Source: an uncultured Desulfobacula sp. (lineage in GTDB: Bacteria > Desulfobacterota > Desulfobacteria > Desulfobacterales > Desulfobacteraceae). Taken from it: a stretch of 64,000 nt of DNA. Positions within the stretch are counted from its first letter, which is position 1; each line of letters begins with the position of its first letter. The stretch covers positions 61,420 to 125,419 of the forward strand of contig CAZUDE010000002.1 in assembly GCA_964619205.1 (NCBI GenBank). The letters are read 5' to 3'. A program made the position numbers and the translations under genes. Below, in pieces: positions 29,345 through 38,871 of this stretch. Below the pieces are notes generated by a model, which saw nothing but the letters and a program-made list of their open reading frames with translations, was not told the DNA's origin and searched no databases.

Positions 29345-31615
29345 ATGAAACAGAAAAACCTAACCATATTTTGTTTTCTTTTGTGCTGGATCTTTCTGGT
29401 CCCGCCGGTATCTTCCATTGGCATTTCAGAACCGTGTCCCCCTTTTTTTCTGAGAACGGACAAGGGCGAGATCATCAATCCCATTTCAGGAGAAAATGCA
29501 GACCAGCCTTATTCAACCCGCAAAACCTGCGGCTCCTGCCATGATGTGGATACAATATCCAAGGGCTATCATTTTATGATGGACTGGGACAAGGCAGACG
29601 ATGAGCGGTTCAAGGATACGGATACCCCCTGGCTGGTATCCACAGGTCTCACCGGCAGCCTCTCCCCCTATGGATATTTCCAGCTGGCCAAAAAGAAAAA
29701 TACCCATGCCCATGAAATCGATCTCACAGCCTTTGATTTTGTTGCCAGGGTGCCGGAAGCCTTTAAGGGGTTTCAGAAACCCGGCTGTGCCGGATGCCAT
29801 GCCGGGGGCGGCATGCTGGAATTTGACCGCGACGGAATACGCTACGATCTTCGGCTGGCCAAAAACCCGGAACTGGCCGACACCCTGGACGGCGATTATT
29901 ATAAAAGCCGCTGGGATAAAACCGGGGTCGTTGAACCGGACTGCTTTTTCTGCCATGGAAACCGCTATCAGATCCAGGCAAGAATCACCCAGATCAAACA
30001 CCTGAATTTTAAATGGGCCGGGGTGGAAGGCTCAGGGATCGGAAAGGTCTTTGGCCGGGTCAGCGAGGGCCAAATCCCCAAAGTCATTTATAACAAGCGT
30101 CTCTTTAATGAGGACGGCACTTTTTATATGCCGGACATGGTCTTTAGGCCAGGGGCAGAAAGCTGCCTTCGATGCCATGCATCCATTGATCTCGGCAAAC
30201 GGGGGAATTCCTGGGACGATCCGGTCAACCCGGATGTCCACCACCTTGCCGGTCTCACCTGTATTGACTGCCACCCCGGAGACATCAGCCATAATTTTGC
30301 CAAGGGAAACGCCATGGACGGCAAAGTGGCCGAAGACCTTGACAATACCATGCGCTCCTGTCGGGACTGCCATAGCCAGGGGTATAAAGGCGCAACCCGG
30401 ATGAAACACCGGGGAATCCGGCAGGACCATCTTGACAAGCTCTCCTGCGAAGCCTGCCACATCCCGGAATTGAAGCGGAGCGCTGTGGGCGCCATGTTCC
30501 TGAATACCGGCGTATTTGGAAAACACGGCCAGGCAGACACCAAAGCCTTTGGCGATGAAAAACCATGGAAACCCGCTTATGTGATCCGGGAAAAAGACAG
30601 GGATGGCATGCCGCGAATCACCCCGGTCAATCCTATGCTCAACATCTTGTTTACCAATAAAAACGAAAACGGGGTTTATGTCCCGCTTTTTCTTTCAGAG
30701 GTGGAAAAGGCCTACGAGCAATGCAAAGACAAGATGACCAAAAGAAAATCAGCCTATGATTTCCATAACCCCGAAGATATCGTTCTCATGCTCTCCACCT
30801 TGACCCTCACCCTGGACGGAAACAAAAGGTTTGGCAATATAGCCCCGCATTTTCACACCGGCGGAAACCTCTATTCATTAAATGAAAATTCCTCCCTGGA
30901 AATCCAAAAAGATCCCTCCTGGGTGATCCGGCTCCCCTATTTTTCCATCAGCCATAATGTGTCTCCAGCTGACAAAGCCATTGGCAAAGGCGGCTGCAAA
31001 GACTGCCATTCAAAAGACTCCCATCTTTTCAACGGTCTGGTGGTAACGGATTATTTCGGCAACCAAGGAAATCCGGTTACGGTTTCCATGGCAGGGTTCC
31101 TTGAACTGCCCGCCTCGGCTCAAAAATGGAATGGGGTTTTCGGAGCCTGTCTGAAAACCGGCCCCCTTTTTTTTAAGGCAGGCATCGGCATGCTCTTATT
31201 GCTGGCTGCTGTTGCGCTTTTTACAGTTCGTCCCTTCATGCCCGGGTTTTTTTCATCCATTGCCCTGGTGTTGAGTTTCCTTATAGCCCATTTTTTAATC
31301 ACAAAACAGACAGGGGTTCTCACATCGGTACAAAACACCTTCATGGGCAGTTCATTTTTCCTGGGGCTCTCTCTGATGCTGCTGACAGCTGCCGGCTATA
31401 TTTTTCAGGTTCAAAAAATGGTAAAAAACAAATTCCTGTTGGCAGGATTGTATGGATTGGGGAGTTTAGCCGCAGGCACAGGCGTATTATTATATATGCG
31501 TCCAATGTCGGATATTGCTTCAATGTTTATTGCCCTGGGGATTCACATCCTTTTTGCAGTGCTGATGATCACGGTTCTAATTTGTCTTTTTTTTATAAAA
31601 AGCCCGGAGTCTTGA
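29345..31615 (+). CDS. Membrane-anchored octaheme cytochrome c (MmcA/octaheme tetrathionate reductase-like)
   Basis: Signal peptide; 8 CxxCH motifs (CGSCH, CAGCH, CFFCH, CLRCH, CIDCH, CRDCH, CEACH, CKDCH); about 5 C-terminal TM helices. Confidence 0.9.
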   Translation: MKQKNLTIFCFLLCWIFLVPPVSSIGISEPCPPFFLRTDKGEIINPISGENADQPYSTRKTCGSCHDVDTISKGYHFMMDWDKADDERFKDTDTPWLVSTGLTGSLSPYGYFQLAKKKNTHAHEIDLTAFDFVARVPEAFKGFQKPGCAGCHAGGGMLEFDRDGIRYDLRLAKNPELADTLDGDYYKSRWDKTGVVEPDCFFCHGNRYQIQARITQIKHLNFKWAGVEGSGIGKVFGRVSEGQIPKVIYNKRLFNEDGTFYMPDMVFRPGAESCLRCHASIDLGKRGNSWDDPVNPDVHHLAGLTCIDCHPGDISHNFAKGNAMDGKVAEDLDNTMRSCRDCHSQGYKGATRMKHRGIRQDHLDKLSCEACHIPELKRSAVGAMFLNTGVFGKHGQADTKAFGDEKPWKPAYVIREKDRDGMPRITPVNPMLNILFTNKNENGVYVPLFLSEVEKAYEQCKDKMTKRKSAYDFHNPEDIVLMLSTLTLTLDGNKRFGNIAPHFHTGGNLYSLNENSSLEIQKDPSWVIRLPYFSISHNVSPADKAIGKGGCKDCHSKDSHLFNGLVVTDYFGNQGNPVTVSMAGFLELPASAQKWNGVFGACLKTGPLFFKAGIGMLLLLAAVALFTVRPFMPGFFSSIALVLSFLIAHFLITKQTGVLTSVQNTFMGSSFFLGLSLMLLTAAGYIFQVQKMVKNKFLLAGLYGLGSLAAGTGVLLYMRPMSDIASMFIALGIHILFAVLMITVLICLFFIKSPES

Positions 31616-31635
31616 CGATTCCGGGCTTTTTATAA
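31593..31635. terminator. Rho-independent (bidirectional-type) terminator ending the first half of the uptake locus
   Basis: Perfect 16-bp arms TTATAAAAAGCCCGGA / TCCGGGCTTTTTATAA spanning the cytochrome stop codon. Confidence 0.8.
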
Positions 31636-31725
31636 GTAGCTATATGATTTTTTAAGATAGTCATTTATAATTATCCTGATTATAACTCAAGCATCATATA
31701 TTTTTATATGATAGGATTTTAAAAA

Positions 31726-34629
31726 ATGGCTGGAAAACCTACCTACAAGGAACTGGAAAAAAGACTTAAAGAATTAGAAAACACTAAGGATAAGCATAAA
31801 CTCGCAGAGGAAGCACTTAAAGAAAGCATAGCACGATACAGATATTTATTTGACACCATGCCCAATGGTTTCTATCTCTCTAACCACGAAGGATATTATA
31901 TTGATGCAAATTCGGCGTTTATCAGAATGCTGGGGTATGACAGCCTGAATGATCTAAAATCGGTTTATATTCCAACAGATATCTATGTTCATGAATCAGA
32001 AAGGGAAGAGCTCAATCAAAAGATTGGCAATAAAAACCCTGAATTTATAGATCAGACAGAGACCTACAGGCACAAAAGAAAAGATGGACGTATAATCTGG
32101 ATTGAGGACAATGCCCGTTATATTAAAAACAGCGAAGGCACTGTCCTTTATCACCAGGGGATTTGCAAGGATATTACAGACCGGAAACATGCCGAAGAAA
32201 TCAATTCGGTTCTGTTTGAAATTTCCAACGCCGTTAACACTACACAAGACCTGGAAGATCTATATGCTTCCATTCATCAAAGCCTCGGCCGCATAATCGA
32301 TCTGACCAATTTCCATATCTCCCTTTATGATCGGAAACAGGATATCCTGACTTTTGTTTACTGGGTAGATACAGTGGATCAACCGCCTAAAAATTTTCAG
32401 ATTCACAATATAACCTCCCCGCAGACGATGTCCCATACCGCCGAAGTCATCGTGACCGGCAAACCCGTATTGCATACCAAGGCTCAATTCATTGAAATTC
32501 TTCGTCAAAGGGGGGTTAAGCCCGGGTTCAGCATTTCCGAAATCTGGCTGGGGGTTCCGCTTAAAATCAAGGATGAAGTCATCGGCGCCATGGCGGCCCA
32601 TAGTTTTGTCAATCCCAATCTCTATACACAAAAGGATGCGGAAATACTGCTTTCCGTTTCCAATCAGGTGGCCATCGCCATAGAGCAGAAGCGAACCGAG
32701 AGTGCCCTGAAAGAAAGTCTGGAGCGGTTTCGTGTCTTGATCGAGCAGGCCCCTGAAGCCATTGTTGTGTACGACGTTGATCTTGATCGGTTTGTAAATG
32801 CGAACACAAGCGCACAAAGGCTGTTTGGATGCAGTCATGATGAATTGATGCTGTCGGGTTCAAAGCGATTCTATCCATCGGAACCGACTGGCCGGAAAGG
32901 TGTCAATAAGAATTTTTCCAAGTATTGCAGGCGTGCGCTCACAGGAGAGAACATTAAATTCGAGCGTTTGGTTCACAGTGCCGATGGCCGGGACCGGCTG
33001 TGCGAGGTCCATCTTGTCCGGCTGCCCTCTGAACAGGGCAGTCTGCTTCGAGCCTCCTTTATCGATCTCACGGAACGAAAACAGGCGGAAGAAGCATTGC
33101 GGGAGAGCGAGAAAAAATTTCGTCAGATTTATAATAATATTTTAGATGTCTATTATGAAGCTAGTCTTGAAGGGGTTATGTTGGAAATCAGCCCTTCAAT
33201 TGAAAAACATTCGCATTACAAAAGAGAAGAGCTAATCGGCAAATCTATTTTTGATATTTATCCTGATCCGGCAAATAAGGATACATTTCTGGATGTGCTT
33301 GTCAATAAAGGCTCTGTCAGAGATTATGAAGCCGTTTTCATGGATAAAGACGGCACCGGGCGTTTTTGTTCCCTGAATATCGAACTCATTAAAGATTCCA
33401 AGGACCGGCCGGAAAAGATAGTCGGTATTTTCCGTGATATCACAGACCGTAAAAAAAATGAGATTGAAAGAATCGAAGCCCAAAAAATTGCAAGTGAACA
33501 GGAAAAGCTGGTGCTTGTGGGTCGAATTGCAGGTAAAATGGCCCATGATTTTAATAATATTCTGGGCGCAATAATGGGTAATTCGGAACTGGCACTGCTG
33601 GACTGCGCAGATACTGAGACAAGAAATACATTCGAGCTGATTCTTGAACAGACGATTCGCGGGAGAAATCTCACCAAAAATCTTGTCGCCTTTGCCAAGG
33701 ACCAGGAACCCAAACAGGAATTCTTTAAACTCGATGAAAAGATGGATCTGGTCATAACCCTTTTGAAAAAAGATCTGGAAAACATACATGTGATCAGGGA
33801 TTACAACCCGAATGTTCCTGAACTCCTGGCAGATCCGGGTATGATTGAACATGCCATAGTCAATCTCATTCAAAATTCGATCCATGCAACCAGCCTGACA
33901 ACGCAGCCTCAAATCATACTCAGGGCAAAACACCGGAAGGGCTGGATAGTTATCGAAATAGAAGACAACGGCTGTGGCATACCCGAAGAATTTCTTGAAG
34001 AAATATTTGAACCCTCCTTTACCCTCAAAGGCAGCAAAGATAAAAGCGGTATGTATAGCCCCGGCATTAAGGGAACAGGTTACGGCATGTCCAATGTGAA
34101 GCGATATATTGACCAGCATAAGGGAAGGATTTCAATTCATTCGGAACTTTGGAAAGGTACAAAAATCACCCTTGAATTGCCGGTGACAAAAAAAGAGTTA
34201 ACAGATAAAGAAATCCGGATCATTAAAAAAGAAAGCTTCCGGTTTGAAAAATATATTCTGCTGGTGGAAGATGAGCCGGCCATCCTGGATGTCCAGTACA
34301 AGATACTGACGCAGGAACCTTGCCGTCACAGAGTGGATATTGCTGGGAACGGACAGATTGCAATGGATTTGCTGGATAGAAATGAATATGATTTGATCAG
34401 CCTTGATTATATTCTGCCGGGGAAAATCACTGGAATGGATGTTTATCATCATATCAGGGGGAAAAACAAATCCGTTCCAATTCTTTTTATTTCCGGTAAT
34501 ATAGAATTTCTGGAATCCATTGAAACCCTGAGACGAAAAGACCCGTATATCGATCATTTGTCAAAGCCTTGCAGGAATATCGACTATGTGAACCGAATCA
34601 ATTTTTTGCTTCGAAACTTGATAATTTGA
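31726..34629 (+). CDS. Hybrid sensor histidine kinase (PAS-GAF-PAS-PAS-HisKA-HATPase-REC)
   Basis: H-box AHDFNN, NLIQNSIHA, DNGCGI, GTGYGM; receiver LVEDE..ISLDYILPG. Confidence 0.95.
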   Translation: MAGKPTYKELEKRLKELENTKDKHKLAEEALKESIARYRYLFDTMPNGFYLSNHEGYYIDANSAFIRMLGYDSLNDLKSVYIPTDIYVHESEREELNQKIGNKNPEFIDQTETYRHKRKDGRIIWIEDNARYIKNSEGTVLYHQGICKDITDRKHAEEINSVLFEISNAVNTTQDLEDLYASIHQSLGRIIDLTNFHISLYDRKQDILTFVYWVDTVDQPPKNFQIHNITSPQTMSHTAEVIVTGKPVLHTKAQFIEILRQRGVKPGFSISEIWLGVPLKIKDEVIGAMAAHSFVNPNLYTQKDAEILLSVSNQVAIAIEQKRTESALKESLERFRVLIEQAPEAIVVYDVDLDRFVNANTSAQRLFGCSHDELMLSGSKRFYPSEPTGRKGVNKNFSKYCRRALTGENIKFERLVHSADGRDRLCEVHLVRLPSEQGSLLRASFIDLTERKQAEEALRESEKKFRQIYNNILDVYYEASLEGVMLEISPSIEKHSHYKREELIGKSIFDIYPDPANKDTFLDVLVNKGSVRDYEAVFMDKDGTGRFCSLNIELIKDSKDRPEKIVGIFRDITDRKKNEIERIEAQKIASEQEKLVLVGRIAGKMAHDFNNILGAIMGNSELALLDCADTETRNTFELILEQTIRGRNLTKNLVAFAKDQEPKQEFFKLDEKMDLVITLLKKDLENIHVIRDYNPNVPELLADPGMIEHAIVNLIQNSIHATSLTTQPQIILRAKHRKGWIVIEIEDNGCGIPEEFLEEIFEPSFTLKGSKDKSGMYSPGIKGTGYGMSNVKRYIDQHKGRISIHSELWKGTKITLELPVTKKELTDKEIRIIKKESFRFEKYILLVEDEPAILDVQYKILTQEPCRHRVDIAGNGQIAMDLLDRNEYDLISLDYILPGKITGMDVYHHIRGKNKSVPILFISGNIEFLESIETLRRKDPYIDHLSKPCRNIDYVNRINFLLRNLII

Positions 34630-34630
34630 T

Positions 34631-35890
34631 TTATTTTTTTATCACAAAAGTATCAGCAATTTCTTTGTCCAGGGTGTAGGCAGTATAGTTAAGGGTATTG
34701 CCTTCCACCCGGATGGACTGGAACCAGATTCCGTGGGTCATGGTTTTTTCCATGAGATGGTCGTACCTTTTGCTGGCAGGGTAGTATTTGGGGCCGCTGT
34801 TGGTGATGACATACACGGTCCCTTTTTCAGATACCGGCTGGTTGCTTTTCAGCATTTTTGTCCGGGCATAACTGTGATGATGCCCCTGCAGGACGAGATC
34901 CACGGAAAACCTGTCAAAGAGGGGAAGAAAAGCCTCCTGCATTTCCGTGTTGTTTCTTTTCTCAATTACGGAATATATGGGGTGATGCATGGCTACAACA
35001 ATCCATGGCTGACGGTTTTTCAATAACAGGATTTCCAGCCAGGCCTTTTGTTCCGAAATGTTTTCAACCCCGTTCAGGATGATAAAGCACACGCCTTGGT
35101 AATTAAAGCTGTAGACAATTTCTTCCAGACCTTTGGGGCCGTTCTCCGGAAAGGTGAACTGGGGCCGCCACAAAGGGGATATGATCCGGGGTGTGCCCGG
35201 TGTCAGGGTTCTCTGATCCGGGTATTCGTGGTTGCCGGGAGCCAGAACCAGGGGCACAGTCCTGGGGATAAAGCCCAAGGCGGAAAAAAATTCACTCCAT
35301 TCTCCATCATCCATGCTATTGTCAACCATATCCCCGGTAAAAAGCCAGAACTTTGCATCGGGCTCTTTTTGAAAGGCACTTCTAAACACCTGGGAGCACA
35401 TGGAAAAAATATCCTTCTGGATATCTCCGAAATAAAGAAAGGCAAAGGGTTCTGTTTTTTCTGATGCAGTTTTGAACTGGTTCCATTCGCTCCATGCCTG
35501 ATCGTCTCCCACGCGGTAGGCATAAATTTTATCCGGGGTCAAATCATTAAAGATAACGGAGTGCTGGAATGCCTTGGTTTTTTCATTCAGAATGAGAGTG
35601 GAGGAGAGGGCGGGAAAATCCTTTGGGAGTTTGTCCGGATTCAGAATATCCTGTACCGGGAGCAGTTCCGCTCTTGGAGAACCGCCGAAAACCCTGGTTC
35701 TCCAGGTAACGGCCTGGCTGTTGAAAGGAGTTTCAGTGATATTCAGAACGATTCGTTCAGGATGCAGGATATCTGTTTTTTCATCTGCTGTGCCTTGATT
35801 GAAGCAAAGAAGCAGGCAAAATCCTGCAAGCATCATATACCGGTTGATTTTTGATAATGGAGTCATTCTTGTACTCTTTCCTGCAGTCAT
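34631..35890 (-). CDS. Exported purple-acid-phosphatase-family metallophosphoesterase
   Basis: Signal peptide; FGD, GDMVD, GNHE, AMHHP, QGHHHSYAR motifs. Confidence 0.9.
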   Translation of the reverse strand: MTAGKSTRMTPLSKINRYMMLAGFCLLLCFNQGTADEKTDILHPERIVLNITETPFNSQAVTWRTRVFGGSPRAELLPVQDILNPDKLPKDFPALSSTLILNEKTKAFQHSVIFNDLTPDKIYAYRVGDDQAWSEWNQFKTASEKTEPFAFLYFGDIQKDIFSMCSQVFRSAFQKEPDAKFWLFTGDMVDNSMDDGEWSEFFSALGFIPRTVPLVLAPGNHEYPDQRTLTPGTPRIISPLWRPQFTFPENGPKGLEEIVYSFNYQGVCFIILNGVENISEQKAWLEILLLKNRQPWIVVAMHHPIYSVIEKRNNTEMQEAFLPLFDRFSVDLVLQGHHHSYARTKMLKSNQPVSEKGTVYVITNSGPKYYPASKRYDHLMEKTMTHGIWFQSIRVEGNTLNYTAYTLDKEIADTFVIKK

Positions 35891-35960
35891 TCTCTCTCAT
35901 GTCCGACAGATGTTGAAACAGTATAAAACATAACGGTTGAATCGGCAACAGTTCAGGGTA

Positions 35961-36710
35961 TCAATATTCTTTTGCTTCCTTTTTGGTAATGGTTCGGTAG
36001 GGGATGCCGGTATATTCGGCATCCTCATTGGCGGTGACCACGATCACCTGTTTATGGCCCATCCGGATGGTTTTTGTTTTTTCCGATCCGATATGAACAT
36101 TGGAATCAACAGGCAGGCAGGCACCGGATCGAGTGACCAGCTGATCAATATAAGGATAACCGCATAGTGTTTTTACACTGACAATTTCACCGGGCTGACC
36201 CAGGTGGTACCATCCTCTGTAGCGACCGTCATTTCCAGAAAGTCTCAGCCCGATGCCGGCCATGGCTCCCACAACCCCCTGGCCGGTTCCGCCGTGTTCT
36301 GAAAGGTGAACACCGGTTTTCAGGGACAGGGCATAGGCTGCTTCTTTGGAAAAAATTTTTATTTTGGCATTTTCCCCGAATTCAATCAAACTCTTACGGT
36401 CCAGGTCTTCTGTGATTTCTGTAACGCAAAGGCCGGGATCTGATCCTTTTTCCGACCAGGTTTCAAGGAAATCGGCTATCAGTTCAATAATGGGCCTAAT
36501 AATCCCCTGTTTCAGGGTCAGTTCAAAACACATGGAAGAATTATGGGAAGTATAGGGAATGTCATCGTGGACAAAAAGCTGGTGTCGGCTGATGGCGCTG
36601 GTATCGGCCAGTCCTCTTTGCTTCAGTATTCCGCATAATTTTTCCACCAGCCAGCCGGTACCCCTGGTTCCGGGCATATCCGTGTCATCAATGCAAACAA
36701 GATAATTCAT
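35961..36710 (-). CDS. Stand-alone DDTD-motif protein (TiaS N-terminal/DUF1743-like)
   Basis: YLVCIDDTD..RGTG, HQLFVHDDIPYTSHNSSMC, SDPGLCV, GTGQGVVGAMAGIG; 249 aa, too short for a full TiaS. Confidence 0.75.
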   Translation of the reverse strand: MNYLVCIDDTDMPGTRGTGWLVEKLCGILKQRGLADTSAISRHQLFVHDDIPYTSHNSSMCFELTLKQGIIRPIIELIADFLETWSEKGSDPGLCVTEITEDLDRKSLIEFGENAKIKIFSKEAAYALSLKTGVHLSEHGGTGQGVVGAMAGIGLRLSGNDGRYRGWYHLGQPGEIVSVKTLCGYPYIDQLVTRSGACLPVDSNVHIGSEKTKTIRMGHKQVIVVTANEDAEYTGIPYRTITKKEAKEY

Positions 36711-36791
36711 TAGTACTCCTTCATTTTTTTGCAGGTTATAGAAAAAACCCGCTGAAAAGTCAATCTTAAAGATGAGTGTTTATGGTTGCAA

Positions 36792-36823
36792 ATGGTTATA
36801 ATTGGTTAATATTAATCATCATT
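36792..36823. promoter_or_regulatory. Shared 22-bp motif (copy 2) plus Fur-box-like site in the divergent promoter before the exbBD-tonB operon
   Basis: ATGGTTATAATTGGTTAATATT (19/22 vs 15513-15534); 36805-36823 matches the Fur consensus at 14/19; TTGACA at 36835. Confidence 0.5.
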
Positions 36824-36900
36824 TGTAATTTTGCTTGACAAAATCAACCAAAACACCTAATCAGATGTGATTATTTTGTAACTGTACTGGAATGTGAAAA

Positions 36901-37230
36901 ATGAACATGATTTTAGACCGGGCCTGCCTGTTTCTAAATCGGGAGCTCCATGAAATCCCAGAAATCCGGGAAATTATTGTAAATCCAAATTTTACAGGCG
37001 TACCCCTGGAAAATGATGACATGGGCATGGCCATGAACATCCGGCAAGGGTCTTGCAGGGATAATTATTCCATCAAGGAAATTGTAAAGGACAAGACTGT
37101 GGCCATTGTCGGATTCGGCGGCAATGTCACCAAGATTTCAAGCCGGGCAGCCAGGGTTTATGTCATGGAACCGGAACGGTTTTTTTCAGAATCAGGACAG
37201 GAGCTGTTTATACAGAAAAACAAATCATGA
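36901..37230 (+). pseudogene. Internally collapsed DUF364/DUF4213-like gene
   Basis: N-terminal NFTGVPLENDDMGMAMN joined to a Rossmann-like KDKTVAIVGFGG..RVYVME segment in only 109 aa. Confidence 0.5.
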
Positions 37231-38855
37231 AGAATTTATTTAAAACGGATCTTTTGTTTCAGATTCTCATAATAACAGCCCTGTGTATCCTGTCGAGCCC
37301 TTCTGCATGGGCGGATAAACGCACGGAAAAAGACCTGGACAAGGATGGCCGGATAGACCAGGTCTTGATTTATAGTGATGCCGGGGTCATTTTGAGGGCT
37401 GAATCCGACAAGGACCAGGACGGGTTTTTTGAAACCCTCCAGGAGTATCAGGAGGGAAAACTTGTCAAAATTGAAAGGGATACGGATAACGACAGAAAAA
37501 TAGACAGTATTGATTATATTGAAAATGAGAAACGAATCCGACAGGAAAAATTTGACCCCAACGGGAGCCTAATTCAGGTTTCATTTTTTGATGAAGCCGG
37601 TCAGGTTACCCAGATGAAAAAAGATACCACCGGGGATAAAAAATTCGATACCCTGTACCTGTTTAAAGCCGGAGCGCTTTCATCATCCACGAAAGATACC
37701 AATGGCAACGGCAAACCAAATGTCTTCTGCATTTATAAAAACCAAATGCCCATGGAACAGAAAATAGATGACAATGAAGACGGCGTCATGGATCGCCTTT
37801 TTTTCTTTGATGCAGAAGGTGAACTTGAAAAGATTTATAAGGAACCTTTTTCAAAAGAGAAATACAGAGTAACGGTTTTTTTTGAAAAAGGCGAGATCAA
37901 ATCCCAGGAACGGGATACCAATGAAGATGGAAAAGCCGATGACATCACCCGGTATATCAAAGGGGTTCCCTCTGAAAAGAAAAAAGACAGCAATTTTGAC
38001 GGTCGGTTTGATGCATTTACCGGGTTTGTCAATAATCTTCCCAAAACCCTGGAAAAAGATACGGATTTTGATGGAAAAATAGATTATTTTGCTGAGTTTG
38101 ACGACAGGGGAGAGGTTTTAACAATCCGTGAAGACACAAATGGAAATGGAAAAATCGACCGCATCCGGCATTTTCGGTCAGGCAGCCTTTACAGGATTGA
38201 GCAGGACGGCAATGATGATGGTTTTTTTGAAACCGTGTCAGTGCTGGAAAATAATAAAATGGTAAAGAATCTCATTGATAAGAATCAGGATGGCAAGGTG
38301 GATATGGAGGTTTTTTTCAATTCAAACCAGGAAAAGACGCGCCTGATAAGTGATGCGGATTTTGACGGATATTTTGAAACTACCCAGGTCTATGATAATC
38401 CTTTATGGACCGTTATTGTGTCTCTGGATATTGACAGAGATAAATATGTCGATGTCCGGTCCTTTTACAAGGATACGGTTTTAAGACAAAAAGAAATCGA
38501 TGAAGATTCAGACGGTGTCGTGGATGTTGTGGAAGTTTATAATCAAAAAGGGGAACTTGAAACAGTTGAAGAAAAAAAATCCGGGAAGAATTTCCTGACT
38601 TGGTTTTATGGTAATGGCGAAGTCCTTATTCGAGGGGAAGAAGATAGGAACCAGGATGGTAAAACCGAGATCTGGTATTTTTATGAAAACGGAAAATTAA
38701 AAACCGTGCAGGAAGATACCAATTTTGATGGAAAGCCGGACCTGTGGGAAGATTATGATGAAATTGAAGCGCTTGTAAAACGGGCAAAGGATCTGGATTT
38801 TGACGGAACCCCTGATTTTACAGATGTTGTTGGAAACGCTGAAAAAGACAGTTGA
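37227..38855 (+). CDS. Exported tandem-repeat protein with about 21 units carrying Dx[DN]xDG (Ca-binding-loop-like) motifs
   Basis: Signal peptide ending SAWA; repeat period about 24-25 aa, e.g. DLDKDGRIDQ, DSNFDGRFDA, DTNGNGKIDR, DLDFDGTPDF. Confidence 0.85.
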   Translation: MKNLFKTDLLFQILIITALCILSSPSAWADKRTEKDLDKDGRIDQVLIYSDAGVILRAESDKDQDGFFETLQEYQEGKLVKIERDTDNDRKIDSIDYIENEKRIRQEKFDPNGSLIQVSFFDEAGQVTQMKKDTTGDKKFDTLYLFKAGALSSSTKDTNGNGKPNVFCIYKNQMPMEQKIDDNEDGVMDRLFFFDAEGELEKIYKEPFSKEKYRVTVFFEKGEIKSQERDTNEDGKADDITRYIKGVPSEKKKDSNFDGRFDAFTGFVNNLPKTLEKDTDFDGKIDYFAEFDDRGEVLTIREDTNGNGKIDRIRHFRSGSLYRIEQDGNDDGFFETVSVLENNKMVKNLIDKNQDGKVDMEVFFNSNQEKTRLISDADFDGYFETTQVYDNPLWTVIVSLDIDRDKYVDVRSFYKDTVLRQKEIDEDSDGVVDVVEVYNQKGELETVEEKKSGKNFLTWFYGNGEVLIRGEEDRNQDGKTEIWYFYENGKLKTVQEDTNFDGKPDLWEDYDEIEALVKRAKDLDFDGTPDFTDVVGNAEKDS

Positions 38856-38871
38856 TCATGTGGAGAAAATT

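Noticed and set aside
35961-36710. Functional link between the TiaS-like protein and the aguA/speE agmatine genes
   Set aside because: They are 26 kb apart with unrelated operons between, and aguA/speE are ordinary polyamine genes; proximity alone is no evidence.
37227-38855. Regularly spaced DNA similarity suggesting a repeat array or CRISPR
   Set aside because: The periodicity is at protein level (Asp-rich codons); there are no identical nucleotide repeats, spacers or cas genes.
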